Assembly (NCBI GenBank): GCA_019057385.1
Contig: JAHQJS010000006.1
Span: 900,536 to 964,535 of the forward strand
Length of the DNA: 64,000 nucleotides
From: Candidatus Borrarchaeum weybense
GTDB lineage: Archaea; Asgardarchaeota; Sifarchaeia; Borrarchaeales; Borrarchaeaceae
Direction: 5' to 3'
The translations under genes and the position numbers were made by a program. Under the pieces are notes generated by a model. It had not been told where the DNA came from, made no database searches, and was given only the letters and a program-made list of their open reading frames with translations. Positions 19,732 to 30,373 of this stretch are shown here, in pieces. Every line of letters starts with the position of its first letter. Positions within the stretch are counted from its first letter, which is position 1.

Positions 19732-21738
19732 TTATCTATCGTGGTCTGCGGGGCATTGATCAAGACTCCAGTAGATTACGGGCACATCCGCTATGCTACA
19801 TCCCTTCAAAAGCTCAGGAAGCAATACAAGAATAGGACCAAAGGTTGGTCCTCTTATTTTAGCTCTATATGGAGTGTTGGCCCCTGAACTAACTAGATGA
19901 AAACATAGTTCTCCTCTGGCACTTTCGATACAATTTATTGCTTCTCCTTCAGGCACACGTTTTAACGGAGCAAATTTCTTCCTAAATGGCCCTGGAGGTA
20001 GGTTATTTAAGGCTTCTTCAATCATATTAAGGCTTTCCCCGATTTCTGATATCCTAGCTTCCATTCTATGGTATGCATCACCTTCCTTGAATGTGGGGAT
20101 ATCAAAGTCTAGTTTACCATAAGCTTCGTAAGGATGACTCTTTCTCACATCAAAGTTTATGCCTGAAGCCCTGGCGTTAGGTCCTGTAACATCATTTTCT
20201 ATTGCAACATCCGAAGAAATTTTTCCAATATCCATTGTCCTTGCCTTGAATGAAGAGTTATCCATCATAAGATTGTTATACATGTTTACTCTCTGTTTCA
20301 TATAATTTATAGTCTCCAAAGCGAGTTCCGTAAAATCATCTGTTAAATCCCGGAAAACTCCACCTGGAACATTGTATACGTGATATATACGACCCCCGGT
20401 TAATTCATCTAGCAGACGAAGAAACCTCTCTCTATCGCCCCACGTAATCATTTGCATTGTTTTAAACCCTACTGCTCCAGTGACTAACCCTAAGTTAAGA
20501 AGGTGGCTTTGTATTCTTGAAAGTTCTGCCTGTATCACTCTAAGATACTTGGCTCTCTCTGGAACCTCTAAACCTGCAATTTTTTCAACGGCACCAATAT
20601 AGGCAATCTCGTAAGATGCGCCGTCAAGTACACAGACACGTTGAATCAACATCGCATTCTGATACCATGTTCTATATTCCATGAGTTTTTCAAACCCTCT
20701 GTGCAGGTATCCCACTTGAGGTGTAGCTTCTATCACACTTTCTCCATTAACCTTCAATTTAAGGTTAAAGTTTCCAGATCCAGCATGCTGTGGACCGAAG
20801 GGAATTAGCATTTCATTCGAATTAAGCGTTTCTTGCTTGCTAAATGGTGGAACTTTCAGTTTTTGAGTAAAAGTAGCGTCTTCTTCTTTACCTGTATATC
20901 CGTTTTGAATGTGTTTCATAGCAGCAACTATTGCGACACCTATGGGTTCTGGTCTGGGTGGACATCCTGCTATCCATACGTCAACAGGAATATACTTATC
21001 GATTTGTTTTATGGTGTTGTAACTGTCCCAGTATGTGCCACCACTCATTGGGCAATTTCCGAATGACAGTACAAACTTTGGCTTAGGCATCTGTTGATAG
21101 ATTCTAATAATTCTTCTGAGAGTTTTTACTGTAACATACCCACCTATAAGAAGTACATCTGCATGTCTTGGACTATCAGCTACTAAAAGCCCAAATCTCT
21201 CCATATCAAATCCGCTACTTACCCAAGGTACAGCTTCAATAAAACAACAACCTGTAAAGTAATTTAAAACCCATAGGCTCCTTGAACGTGCCCAACTCGC
21301 AATGTCAGAAATCTTCGTATCCTCAGGATGCATTAACTCAGGAGGTTGAGCTAGCATTTCTGGCGAAAATATAAATTTACTTTTATCGGGTCCAATTACT
21401 ACAGGGAAGTTTGTCATTTGAAGCGACTCTGTTGGACACACATCTACGCATAATCCACAGAAGCAACACCTAGAAAAATCTAGTTGGGGGTAATATGCAA
21501 CGTCTTTCTGGGGGGATTGATCTGACGCAGCTCTATCAACCATTTCTATAGCGCCATTTGGGCAAACCTTAGCGCATAACTTACAACCTTTACATGTTTC
21601 TAAGTTTAATATGTGCCGACCTCTAGAATTCTTTGCAATTGGCATTTCAGGAGGGAAATTATATGTAATTGGCTTACTAGTTAATTGAGTAAGCCCTGTT
21701 TTTAGGACGGTAAGCCCATTTTTTAACTTTTCAAACAT
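19732..21738 (-). CDS. Fused NuoI-like ferredoxin + NuoB-like small subunit + NuoD-like large subunit (MBS/Mbx-like head, no NiFe site)
   Basis: Two CxxCxxCxxxCP; TGCCFIE, GNCPMSGG, GCPPRP; FGPQH, GYLHRGFEKL, RVCVLD, ESARGE, DQCPADHDR. Confidence 0.88.
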   Translation of the reverse strand: MFEKLKNGLTVLKTGLTQLTSKPITYNFPPEMPIAKNSRGRHILNLETCKGCKLCAKVCPNGAIEMVDRAASDQSPQKDVAYYPQLDFSRCCFCGLCVDVCPTESLQMTNFPVVIGPDKSKFIFSPEMLAQPPELMHPEDTKISDIASWARSRSLWVLNYFTGCCFIEAVPWVSSGFDMERFGLLVADSPRHADVLLIGGYVTVKTLRRIIRIYQQMPKPKFVLSFGNCPMSGGTYWDSYNTIKQIDKYIPVDVWIAGCPPRPEPIGVAIVAAMKHIQNGYTGKEEDATFTQKLKVPPFSKQETLNSNEMLIPFGPQHAGSGNFNLKLKVNGESVIEATPQVGYLHRGFEKLMEYRTWYQNAMLIQRVCVLDGASYEIAYIGAVEKIAGLEVPERAKYLRVIQAELSRIQSHLLNLGLVTGAVGFKTMQMITWGDRERFLRLLDELTGGRIYHVYNVPGGVFRDLTDDFTELALETINYMKQRVNMYNNLMMDNSSFKARTMDIGKISSDVAIENDVTGPNARASGINFDVRKSHPYEAYGKLDFDIPTFKEGDAYHRMEARISEIGESLNMIEEALNNLPPGPFRKKFAPLKRVPEGEAINCIESARGELCFHLVSSGANTPYRAKIRGPTFGPILVLLPELLKGCSIADVPVIYWSLDQCPADHDR

Positions 21739-21744
21739 TTCTCA

Positions 21745-22227
21745 TCATCTCTCTTCATTATGAACTAATGAATAATTTTTCTCAACGAATTCTCTCCAAT
21801 TGAAATCTTTTCTAAAGGGGGGAATCTCAACGGGATCCTCCAAGAATAGTGGTTTTAGAATTTGATTTCCTTCAAAGGAAACCCCAAAGAGTTCCCACGC
21901 CTCTCTCTCATGCATAGCAGCATTAAGCCAGAGTTTCGACAAGCTTGGAATTGTAGGATTATCTCTCGGGATCTCAGTTGCTACCTTAACGTATATGTCT
22001 TCATGGAGTTTATGCACGAGGAAATATATCTCAAAAGTTCCTCGTTCTATCCAATCGACAGCGCTAATCGTCAATAATCTCTGGAATCCTTGATTTCTCA
22101 AGTACTCAGCAGCTTGGAAGTAATTAGGCTTTGAAACTCTAACATAATTTATATTTTCGTCAACAGAATACTCTGCTTTCATCTGAGTTTGAAGATATTT
22201 AAAAATCGCTTGAATTTCTTCTTTCAT
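21745..22227 (-). CDS. NuoC/MbxK-like subunit
   Basis: ISAVDW, IPSLSKLW.NA..HEREAWELFGVSFEG, PPFRKDF. Confidence 0.88.
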   Translation of the reverse strand: MKEEIQAIFKYLQTQMKAEYSVDENINYVRVSKPNYFQAAEYLRNQGFQRLLTISAVDWIERGTFEIYFLVHKLHEDIYVKVATEIPRDNPTIPSLSKLWLNAAMHEREAWELFGVSFEGNQILKPLFLEDPVEIPPFRKDFNWREFVEKNYSLVHNEER

Positions 22228-22299
22228 GGTGTGTACTCCCTTTTAAGATCTTTTTTGGTAGTTTCAGTCAATATATTTCAAGTAAGTTATATCTACTTT

Positions 22300-23526
22300 T
22301 CACACAGACTTCTTAAGGAATAATGCCACATCTTCTATGGTCAATTCGGTATCAGTAACCGTTGCTGAAGGGGCACGAGACTCTACATTTATACCTGGTT
22401 CATAATCAAAGCGTGGAGCTACTTCCTTGTTCAGCATAAAGATCAACTTAGCTAATGGCAATTCCATAGGACATGCATCCTGACACTGACCACAATTTAT
22501 GCAAGAGTCCATAACGTGCACGACTCGTACCATAGGCCATAGAGGATTAGGTGGTATCTCTCCACCGCTTACGTAACCTCTATCCGCCTCAAGCATGCAA
22601 TGCTCACAAAAACATATAGGACAAGCATCTCTACACCCGAAACACTTGATGCACTGACTAAATTGGGAGAACCAATAATTAAATCGTTCATCAGCACTCA
22701 TCGCTTTGAATGGAGCGAAATCTTTCTCTTGCCACTCTTGAGCTAGTTTTATTGCTAGTGCATCTTGTTTTCTTCTAGTTTCTATTGCTTCAGAATTAGG
22801 TTTTTCCACTTTAATAGAACCTGCTTCAATCGCGCTCTCTATAAGATTAGATCCTTTGTCGGAACAAACCTCGATAAACGTCATTTTTTCGTCTGTATTT
22901 CCCCATCTCCCACAAGCTATATCCGTCATAGTTGGAATCTTGATTTCACATCTCCTACAATTTTCTCTTCTGCCATATCCTTCTTCTTCTAATACTTTTA
23001 GATCTCTTTCTACTTCTGTTTCGTCTTTTAATCTTATCTTAAGTTTTCCATCTTCAATTTCTTCTTTGATAACATCTGAGGGATTTACACCAAATTTTTC
23101 TTTGAACATTTCTTTGGCTGTTACAGGTGAGAACGTACCAGTACAATTTAGTCCAATAAGAAGTAAATTTTCAAGATGCATGACATCTCTTTTGGTTAGT
23201 TCAATGATCGCCCTAGCATCACACGGTTTGCAGACTACAGCAAGTTTGCGATTATAAACACCCGCCATGTATTCTTTAAGATAGCGGGGAATATTTATAG
23301 AACTCGAATGCAAAACTCCTGCAGTATCTTTTATTTCTTCTGGATCAGTAATTAGCACAGGTATACCATCATATCTGTCGCCATCCCTTGCTTTTATAGC
23401 TAGTACTGCATCTACAAGTCCACTTTCTAATGCAAACTTCAGAAGTGCCGTAACTGCACCACCACAGTCTGCCTTATTTCGATTTTCCTCATTTGAAGCC
23501 CAGGCGAGATACATATCACCATTCAT
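22300..23526 (-). CDS. fdhB: Formate dehydrogenase beta subunit (FrhB family, F420-type)
   Basis: CGGAVTALL, KPCDARAI, GLNCTGT, RRENCRRC, two C-terminal 4Fe-4S motifs. Start placed at the ATGA overlap with the fdhA stop. Confidence 0.9.
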   Translation of the reverse strand: MNGDMYLAWASNEENRNKADCGGAVTALLKFALESGLVDAVLAIKARDGDRYDGIPVLITDPEEIKDTAGVLHSSSINIPRYLKEYMAGVYNRKLAVVCKPCDARAIIELTKRDVMHLENLLLIGLNCTGTFSPVTAKEMFKEKFGVNPSDVIKEEIEDGKLKIRLKDETEVERDLKVLEEEGYGRRENCRRCEIKIPTMTDIACGRWGNTDEKMTFIEVCSDKGSNLIESAIEAGSIKVEKPNSEAIETRRKQDALAIKLAQEWQEKDFAPFKAMSADERFNYWFSQFSQCIKCFGCRDACPICFCEHCMLEADRGYVSGGEIPPNPLWPMVRVVHVMDSCINCGQCQDACPMELPLAKLIFMLNKEVAPRFDYEPGINVESRAPSATVTDTELTIEDVALFLKKSV

Positions 23527-25553
23527 TGTTCTACCTCCATTCTTACAGCACATACTTTGAATTCAGGCATTTTGCACTTGGGGTCAAAGGCTGGGTTTGT
23601 TAATACATTGGCTGGTGAATCGCCGAAGTGAAAGGGCGTGAAAACCATCCCTTGAGGCACATCTTCAGTGATCCTTACCTTAGCTTTAATGCTACCCCGC
23701 CTCGTTTTCAAAACAACCCATCCCCCATTGGTGGTTTCCAGTTTTATTGCGTCTTTAGGATTAATCTGAACAAAATTACTAGGCACTTCTGCATTTAATG
23801 CGTCAGTTCTCCTAGTCATCGTCCCAGTATGATAATGGAAGATGCTTCTTCCAGTAGTCAGAACATAAGGATATTCTTCATCTGGCAATTCAGCTGGAGG
23901 TTTGTACTCCACTACTTGGAAGTGACCAAGACCATCAGGTGTATTAAACTTTTTTACAAACATTGTAGGTGTCCCTGGGTGATCTTCAGAAGGACAAGGC
24001 CATTGAATCCCTCCTACTGTTTCCTCTATCCTTTCGTAAGTTAATCCCGCATACTGGGGAACGCATTTTCTTATCTCTTCGAATATATCCCTGGGACTTG
24101 CATAACTGAATTTATCCTTAAAGCCCATCTTTTCAGCCAAATCACGTATTATGCGCCAATCAGGCTTAGCCTCGCCAGGAGGATCAATCACTTTATTTAT
24201 CTTTTGAACTCTTCTATCAACCCATGCATGTACTCCTTCCCTCTCGACCCATGTAGCTGCTGGTAATACCACATCTGCAAGTTTTGCTGTTTCTGTCATG
24301 AATATGTCTTGAACTACTAGAAAATCGAGGTTCTCAAGAGACTGCCTTACACTATTTGTATCAGGTCCTGACATCATAGGATTTGTTCCTACCACATAAA
24401 TAGCCTTACACTTATGCACGATGTCCATGTAGGTTAGACCGGGGTTAATTGGAAGATTTTCTACTCCCCAGCGCTCTTGAAAGAACTCTGCTGCCTCCTG
24501 ACCTACCCGTTTGAAACCAGGGTAGAAGACATTAACGCAGCCCATATCCCCTGATCCCTCTCCATTTATTTGCCCCCTCATAGGGTTAACGCCAGTTCCT
24601 GGCTTTCCAATATGGCCAGTCAAAAGTGCTAGATCGGCAAGGACCTTGACATTATCCGCTCCAGTAGTGTGCTGAGTTATACCTTCATCAAATTGGATGC
24701 ACCCCCTCTCTGCATTGGCGTAGGTAAGTGCAGCCTCTCTGATTTTTTCTATAGAAATACCTGTGATCTGTTCGATTTGTTTTAAGTCAATCGTGGAAAG
24801 GAAATCGCGCAAATCACTGAAACCAGCAGTTCTTGATTCTATAAATTCTCTATTTTCAAGTCCTTCATTAATAATAATACTCATTATGCCATTTATCAAG
24901 GCAACATCTGTGCCAGGTCTCAATTGTAAGTGAATATCTGCTAAATGTCTTGCAGTAACTGTTTTTCGTGGATCTATTACAATTACCTTGGCTCCCTTCT
25001 TCTTCGCTCTAAGCACCCTTTTTGCGATCATAGGAAAGGTTTCTTTGATATTGACCCCAGCAATGACAAAGCAATCCGCGAGTTCATAATCTAATTGAGA
25101 GATCTCCATAACACCCGAGCCAACTGTGGGTCCAAGCCCTGCAACTGTTGCGGAATGACAGAATCTGGCACAATACTCGACGTTGTTGGTACCCATGACG
25201 ATCCGAGCAAACTTCTGAAGCACATAACTAGCCTCGTTCGTGGTCTTTCCTGAACCCAGTATACCAAAGGATTCGGGTGAAGTATCCTTTAGAGCCGCAG
25301 AAACTACATCAAGTGCCTTCTCCCAAGTAATTTCCTCAAATTTGCCGTTATTTCTAAGCAATGGCTTTTTAAGTCGGTCTTCGCTATATAAAAATAAGTA
25401 AGATCTTCTACCTTTAGGACAATTCGTCCCTTCGTTTACAGGATGTTCCTTCCATGGTTCTATGCCTATTATTTTGCCGTCCTTGACCACAAGATACATC
25501 CCACATCCAGATCCGCAATATGGGCATATCGTTGGTACATACTGCATATCCAT
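23523..25553 (-). CDS. fdhA: Formate dehydrogenase alpha subunit (Mo/W-bisPGD, Cys-type)
   Basis: CPYCGSGC...CPKG, CARFCH, PMRGQ, GIQWPC, LTTGR, PEFKVCA. Confidence 0.93.
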   Translation of the reverse strand: MDMQYVPTICPYCGSGCGMYLVVKDGKIIGIEPWKEHPVNEGTNCPKGRRSYLFLYSEDRLKKPLLRNNGKFEEITWEKALDVVSAALKDTSPESFGILGSGKTTNEASYVLQKFARIVMGTNNVEYCARFCHSATVAGLGPTVGSGVMEISQLDYELADCFVIAGVNIKETFPMIAKRVLRAKKKGAKVIVIDPRKTVTARHLADIHLQLRPGTDVALINGIMSIIINEGLENREFIESRTAGFSDLRDFLSTIDLKQIEQITGISIEKIREAALTYANAERGCIQFDEGITQHTTGADNVKVLADLALLTGHIGKPGTGVNPMRGQINGEGSGDMGCVNVFYPGFKRVGQEAAEFFQERWGVENLPINPGLTYMDIVHKCKAIYVVGTNPMMSGPDTNSVRQSLENLDFLVVQDIFMTETAKLADVVLPAATWVEREGVHAWVDRRVQKINKVIDPPGEAKPDWRIIRDLAEKMGFKDKFSYASPRDIFEEIRKCVPQYAGLTYERIEETVGGIQWPCPSEDHPGTPTMFVKKFNTPDGLGHFQVVEYKPPAELPDEEYPYVLTTGRSIFHYHTGTMTRRTDALNAEVPSNFVQINPKDAIKLETTNGGWVVLKTRRGSIKAKVRITEDVPQGMVFTPFHFGDSPANVLTNPAFDPKCKMPEFKVCAVRMEVEQ

Positions 25554-25559
25554 AGTTAT

Positions 25560-26000
25560 TCACCTTTTTATCGGATTTGGTCCTAGCTCTTTTATTGTCT
25601 GACTAAAACTTGAAACGGTATCTGCTACTTTCTGTCCTTCAGATGCTCCTATCCATTCTAACCTGAGCCTCTCGCTACCGATTCCTATTGCATCAAGAAA
25701 GAGTTTCACTAATGTAACTCGCCTTCTAGTCCAGAGGTTACCTTTTATGTAATGACAATCTCCAGGGTGACAGCCTGCAATCAGAACACCATCTGCACCC
25801 TTAGCGAAGGCCCCTAGTATCAGTGGCACGTTTACTCTTCCTGAGCACATAACCCTAATAATCCGGATGTTGGAAGGATAACTTATTCTAGAGATGCCAG
25901 CCAAATCTGAGGCGGAATAAGAACACCAGTTACAAAAGAAGCCTATAATCTTAGGTTCGAATTTTTTTTCGAGATGAGTTTCAACCTTCACTTCAGACAT
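25560..26000 (-). CDS. mvhD: MvhD/FlpD 2Fe-2S subunit
   Basis: FFCNWCSY, RVMCSGR, GCHPGDCHY. Confidence 0.93.
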   Translation of the reverse strand: MSEVKVETHLEKKFEPKIIGFFCNWCSYSASDLAGISRISYPSNIRIIRVMCSGRVNVPLILGAFAKGADGVLIAGCHPGDCHYIKGNLWTRRRVTLVKLFLDAIGIGSERLRLEWIGASEGQKVADTVSSFSQTIKELGPNPIKR

Positions 26001-26144
26001 TTAAGTCACCATATCCCTAACTAATAGTTGGTATCTATATTACAAATTGTAACTTTTTATGACAACTCGATCTAATATTTTTAAAAGTTATTTAACTAAT
26101 CGTTTCAAATTGTTATAGTGTAATCGTTCATTACATAAACTTAT

Positions 26145-26247
26145 TATATAAGTATTATTGTTCTGAGCGCGTAGTATTCCGTTGGCATATTCAAAGACTC
26201 AAAGAAAAGAAAAAAATGAGGTAACATGTTGATAAAAAGATAATAGT
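26145..26247 (-). promoter_or_regulatory. Promoter region of the mvhD-fdh operon, homologous to 19171-19272
   Basis: Shared blocks TATATAA.TATTA, GCGCGTA.TATT, TGTT.AT.AAAAGATAAT. Confidence 0.55.
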
Positions 26248-26413
26248 GCTATTTAAAAAGTTAAATCCTTTTGTAGTGAAAGTGCGATGAAAATAAGGAT
26301 TCCTAATATGTTAGAGAGTCAACCTTCTCATGAAGTTTCGTCTGAAAGGTTTCTCAATAGTAGGGTCAATTTCTCCTTAAGAAGTTCAAGATGAGGGGAC
26401 GAAAATAATATTT

Positions 26414-27805
26414 TTAGACCATTTTGCGGGGATCAAGTAGATCATCGATGTCTCCCTTAAGTTCAATTCCCATTTCTGAGATAACTTCTTTTATCGTTTT
26501 ATTTGATTTATAAGCAATTTGAACTATCTCAGAGGCTTTATCGTATCCTATCTGCGGAATCAGATTTGTTACAATCATTAGGATTCTTTCTAAGTGTGTT
26601 TTTATTTGTGCCGTGTTCGCTTGCAACTCTTCCAAACAGTTTATCACAAAAGAGTTAAGAGTTCCAGCAAGAATTAAAACTGATTCAAGGAGATTCACTA
26701 TCATCAGAGGTTTGGTAACGTTTAAATCAAGAATACTACCGTATCCTTCCGCATAAGAAATGGCGGTATCGTTTCCGATGACTTGTAAACAGACTTGTAT
26801 TAACGCTTCAGATTGAGTTGGATTGATTTTACCAGGCATTATTGAGGAACCAGGTTCGTTAGCAGGGAGTATTAATTCGTTTAATCCCGCTCGGGGGCCA
26901 CTTCCCATCCAACGAATATCATTCGCCATTTTTAAGCATGAAAGGGCTAAAAGTCGTAGCACACCACTCGTTTTCACAATTGCGCTATGTGAAGCAATCC
27001 CTTCAGCCTTTACTGGATTAGTTCGAAAAGGAAATCCAGAAATGGCTTTTAAATGAGATGCAGTTAATTTTCCAAAATCCTTATGGGTTCCAATTCCTGT
27101 GCCTAGTGCAGTACCTCCAATCGGAATAGAATACAGTTCTTCGCAAGCATCATTTAATCGCATCTGATTGACATTAAGCTGCCGTAAATAAACGCTGAAT
27201 TCAGTCGATAACGGGATGGGGACAGCATCTTGAAGATGCGTGCGTCCTACTTTGACAATACCATCGACCCCCTCAATTTTCCGTTTTAGACTTTTTCTTA
27301 GGTTATCTATTGCAGGAAATAATTTTGCATGAAATAATTCCAAAGTAGAAAGGTGCATACTCGTTGGAACTACATCATTAGAAGATTGACCTTTGTTTAC
27401 GTGATCATTCGGGTGAACTGGAAACTTTTTTCCCAGTTCATGCCCTAGAATTTCATTTGCTCTGTTCGCTAGGACTTCGTTTGCATTCATGTTAATTTGA
27501 GTTCCGGAGCCCGTTTGGTAGACATCAAGTGGAAAATGATCCAAATGTTTTTCTTCAACAAGAATCTCATTAATCGCTTGAAGAAGTGCGTCACCTTTTT
27601 CTTTGTCAATTTCGCCCAATTCAAGATTTGCTCGTAGGCAGGCTTTTTTTACCTTTACTAGAGCTAAAATAAAAGATTTTGGAAAAGTCTTTCCACTTAT
27701 TTGAAAGTTCTGGATCGCTCTTTGAGTGTTAACTCCCCAGTATGCATTTATAGGGACTTCTACCTCTCCTAAAACGTCACGTTCAGTTCTTGTTTCACCC
27801 TTCAT
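26414..27805 (-). CDS. fumC: Class II fumarate hydratase
   Basis: QTGSGT, HPNDHVN.GQSSND, GRTHLQDA, GSSIMPGKINP. Confidence 0.93.
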   Translation of the reverse strand: MKGETRTERDVLGEVEVPINAYWGVNTQRAIQNFQISGKTFPKSFILALVKVKKACLRANLELGEIDKEKGDALLQAINEILVEEKHLDHFPLDVYQTGSGTQINMNANEVLANRANEILGHELGKKFPVHPNDHVNKGQSSNDVVPTSMHLSTLELFHAKLFPAIDNLRKSLKRKIEGVDGIVKVGRTHLQDAVPIPLSTEFSVYLRQLNVNQMRLNDACEELYSIPIGGTALGTGIGTHKDFGKLTASHLKAISGFPFRTNPVKAEGIASHSAIVKTSGVLRLLALSCLKMANDIRWMGSGPRAGLNELILPANEPGSSIMPGKINPTQSEALIQVCLQVIGNDTAISYAEGYGSILDLNVTKPLMIVNLLESVLILAGTLNSFVINCLEELQANTAQIKTHLERILMIVTNLIPQIGYDKASEIVQIAYKSNKTIKEVISEMGIELKGDIDDLLDPRKMV

Positions 27806-27820
27806 AATTATCCCGGCTAA

Positions 27821-28582
27821 CTACAGCATTTTTCGAATCCGTTGGATCGCGGTTCCTGGCTGTACGCCCTTTGGACAAACGACCGAGCAAGCAAATATCT
27901 TTTCACACGCAGGAACACCATCTTCTTTAGCTACTCGTTTAAGCATCTCATCACGATGTTCTTCTGATAAACGAGTATCTGCTATAAACCTATCAGCTTT
28001 CGCTAATTGTGCAGGCCCTAAATAGTTTTTATTTTGAGCCTCAACAGGACAAGTCCAACACAGACCACAGAGGATACAATACACAAGATGTTCAATTTCT
28101 TTTATTTCATTTGGGGCTTGTTGAGATTCTGGTTGTTCATCTTTCCAGCCACGTGTGAAATATGGTTGTATTTCTCGATAAAACTGCCAGAATCGTTCCA
28201 TATCTACAATTAGATCTCTGATAACTTTCATATTCGGCATAGGTTCAACTAGTATTTCAATTTCTGGATCCCAGTCTTCAGGTACATCTCCAAAGGTTAA
28301 GTCAGGGATTTGTTGATGAGTTTTAATTCCTTTGACTGTAGATACCTGGGTCTTACAAGCTAGAACTGGAAATTTATTTACGGTTACTCCACACGACCCA
28401 CAGATAGCTCCTCTGCACGAATAACGAAAGGCAAAAGTAGAATCGAAACGATCTTGAATATAATACAGCGCTTCCAGAACAGTCATGCCTGGGGAAATGG
28501 GTACTGAATATCGCTCATACCTTGGTTTAGCGTTTCTGTTCTCCTGTCGATAAACGATAAAAGTTCTTTCTTTTACCATCAA
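27821..28582 (-). CDS. sdhB: Succinate dehydrogenase/fumarate reductase Fe-S subunit
   Basis: [10 protein letters not shown]...[32 protein letters not shown]. Confidence 0.9.
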   Translation of the reverse strand: MMVKERTFIVYRQENRNAKPRYERYSVPISPGMTVLEALYYIQDRFDSTFAFRYSCRGAICGSCGVTVNKFPVLACKTQVSTVKGIKTHQQIPDLTFGDVPEDWDPEIEILVEPMPNMKVIRDLIVDMERFWQFYREIQPYFTRGWKDEQPESQQAPNEIKEIEHLVYCILCGLCWTCPVEAQNKNYLGPAQLAKADRFIADTRLSEEHRDEMLKRVAKEDGVPACEKIFACSVVCPKGVQPGTAIQRIRKML

Positions 28583-30303
28583 TACACACGCTCCTTAACT
28601 TCAAAAATGCCTAATTTGACAGGCTTAGTTTCCAATTTCAATCCACCATCAGCTGAACGATAAACAAGAGAGTGGCATAGGAACTCCTCGTCAGAGCGAC
28701 GCGGAAAGTCAACCCGATAATGTCCTCCTCTGCTTTCACGCCTCCAAAGTGCACCATAAGTAGTTACTTCGGCAATATCAAGCATATTACGCAATTCTAA
28801 TGTGTGTTGTAAACCATAATTGAACTTTCTATCAGTTGTTGAAACATGAACATTCAAGAAATCTTTTTGTAAATGTCTTATTGTGTTTAATGCTTTTGTC
28901 AATCCTTCTTCGGTCCTAAAGACACCTACGAGCGTGTTCATAGTCGTTCCCATAGCGTCCTTAATTTCGATCGGTTTTTTCCCATCATTTTTCTCCCATT
29001 GGTCTAATAATTGCTCAGTTTTTTGCAATGTCAATTCTTCTGCCTTTTTTACATCTTTTGTGGAAAGTGTCCTTTGTATGCCTTTTTTTAAGAGTTGTTT
29101 CGAAACATATCTTCCAAACACCACCGTTTCCAGTAGTGAATTGCCTCCTAATCTGTTTGCTCCATGTACTGAGATACATGAGGCCTCTCCAATAGCATAT
29201 AATCCTGGCAATGGGGTTTCACCAAAGTCTCCCCCATACTTCGAGGCTATTCCTCCCATGCTATAGTGTTGACCAGGCTGGACGGGGATTGGTTCATCAA
29301 TCGGGTCGATTCCGGCAAAGAACATCGAAATTTCCCTTATTCCAGGTAACCGTTCTTTAATTCTTTCAGCACCAAGATGTGTTAAATCGAGATGGACATA
29401 TTCATTTTCAAATGCGCGTCCTTCGAGTTTTTCTGTGTCGATTGCTCTTGCTACAATGTCGCGAGGTGCTAACTCCATGGCTTTAGAAGCATATTTCTTC
29501 ATAAACCGTTCGCCTTCTGTATTAAATAAGAAACCGCCTTCTCCTCTCGCCCCTTCTGTGATTAAAATATTAGTTCCATAAAGCGTTGTTGGGTGGAATT
29601 GCACGAACTCACAATCTTGCATTGGAACACCTGCCCGAAACGCGATTCCTAAACCATCGCCTGTATTTATAAGCGCATTAGTTGACTTATCATAAACTCG
29701 TCCATATCCACCAGTTGCAAGAATGACAGTCTCTAATTCGGACCTGAATATAACAAGTTCTCCCGAGTTTAGATCCAAAGCGATTAGCCCTGCAACACTT
29801 TCACCAACAGTAATAAGATCGATGACGAAATACTCGTCGAAGAATTTCACACCTCGTCGAGTACCTTGCTCATAAAGAGTATGTAATAATGCATGACCAG
29901 TACGATCTCCAGCATAACACGTTCTTGGAAATCCAGCGCCACCAAACGGTCTTTGTGCAATAAGACCTGATTCTAAACGCGAAAATGGCGTCCCCATACT
30001 TTCTAATTCAATTACTACTTTAGGAGCTTCCTCACAAAGTAACATAGCCGCATCTTGATCTGCAATGTAATCTGACCCATACACTGTGTCATAGGCATGC
30101 CGTTTCGGCGTGTCGTCTTTACCCGCCTCGGTATTTTTTAAAGCAGCGTTAATTCCTCCTTGAGCAGCACCAGAATGACTTCTCACTGGATAGACTTTGC
30201 TGATAACTGCAACATTCCATCCTCCTTCCGAAAGTCCTAGCCCTACTCTCAGACCACTCAACCCTGCCCCCACAACTAACGCATCAAATTCTTCTATTCT
30301 CAA
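28579..30303 (-). CDS. sdhA: Succinate dehydrogenase/fumarate reductase flavoprotein
   Basis: [17 protein letters not shown] (covalent-FAD His), [30 protein letters not shown]. Start moved to TTG 30303 behind an AGGGGG RBS. Confidence 0.92.
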   Translation of the reverse strand: MRIEEFDALVVGAGLSGLRVGLGLSEGGWNVAVISKVYPVRSHSGAAQGGINAALKNTEAGKDDTPKRHAYDTVYGSDYIADQDAAMLLCEEAPKVVIELESMGTPFSRLESGLIAQRPFGGAGFPRTCYAGDRTGHALLHTLYEQGTRRGVKFFDEYFVIDLITVGESVAGLIALDLNSGELVIFRSELETVILATGGYGRVYDKSTNALINTGDGLGIAFRAGVPMQDCEFVQFHPTTLYGTNILITEGARGEGGFLFNTEGERFMKKYASKAMELAPRDIVARAIDTEKLEGRAFENEYVHLDLTHLGAERIKERLPGIREISMFFAGIDPIDEPIPVQPGQHYSMGGIASKYGGDFGETPLPGLYAIGEASCISVHGANRLGGNSLLETVVFGRYVSKQLLKKGIQRTLSTKDVKKAEELTLQKTEQLLDQWEKNDGKKPIEIKDAMGTTMNTLVGVFRTEEGLTKALNTIRHLQKDFLNVHVSTTDRKFNYGLQHTLELRNMLDIAEVTTYGALWRRESRGGHYRVDFPRRSDEEFLCHSLVYRSADGGLKLETKPVKLGIFEVKERVY

Positions 30304-30373
30304 TAAATAACCCCCTAAATGAAAATCTTTTAGGTTTATAGTCAAAGATCGATTCTTATGGCAATTTAATATG

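Noticed and set aside
19732-21738. Group 4 [NiFe] hydrogenase / formate hydrogenlyase call
   Set aside because: Both Ni-binding motifs are CxxD rather than CxxC, and there are no membrane or maturation genes
23523-26000. Selenocysteine recoding in FdhA or MvhD (also checked for the HdrA genes)
   Set aside because: The relevant positions are Cys codons and the ORFs are uninterrupted
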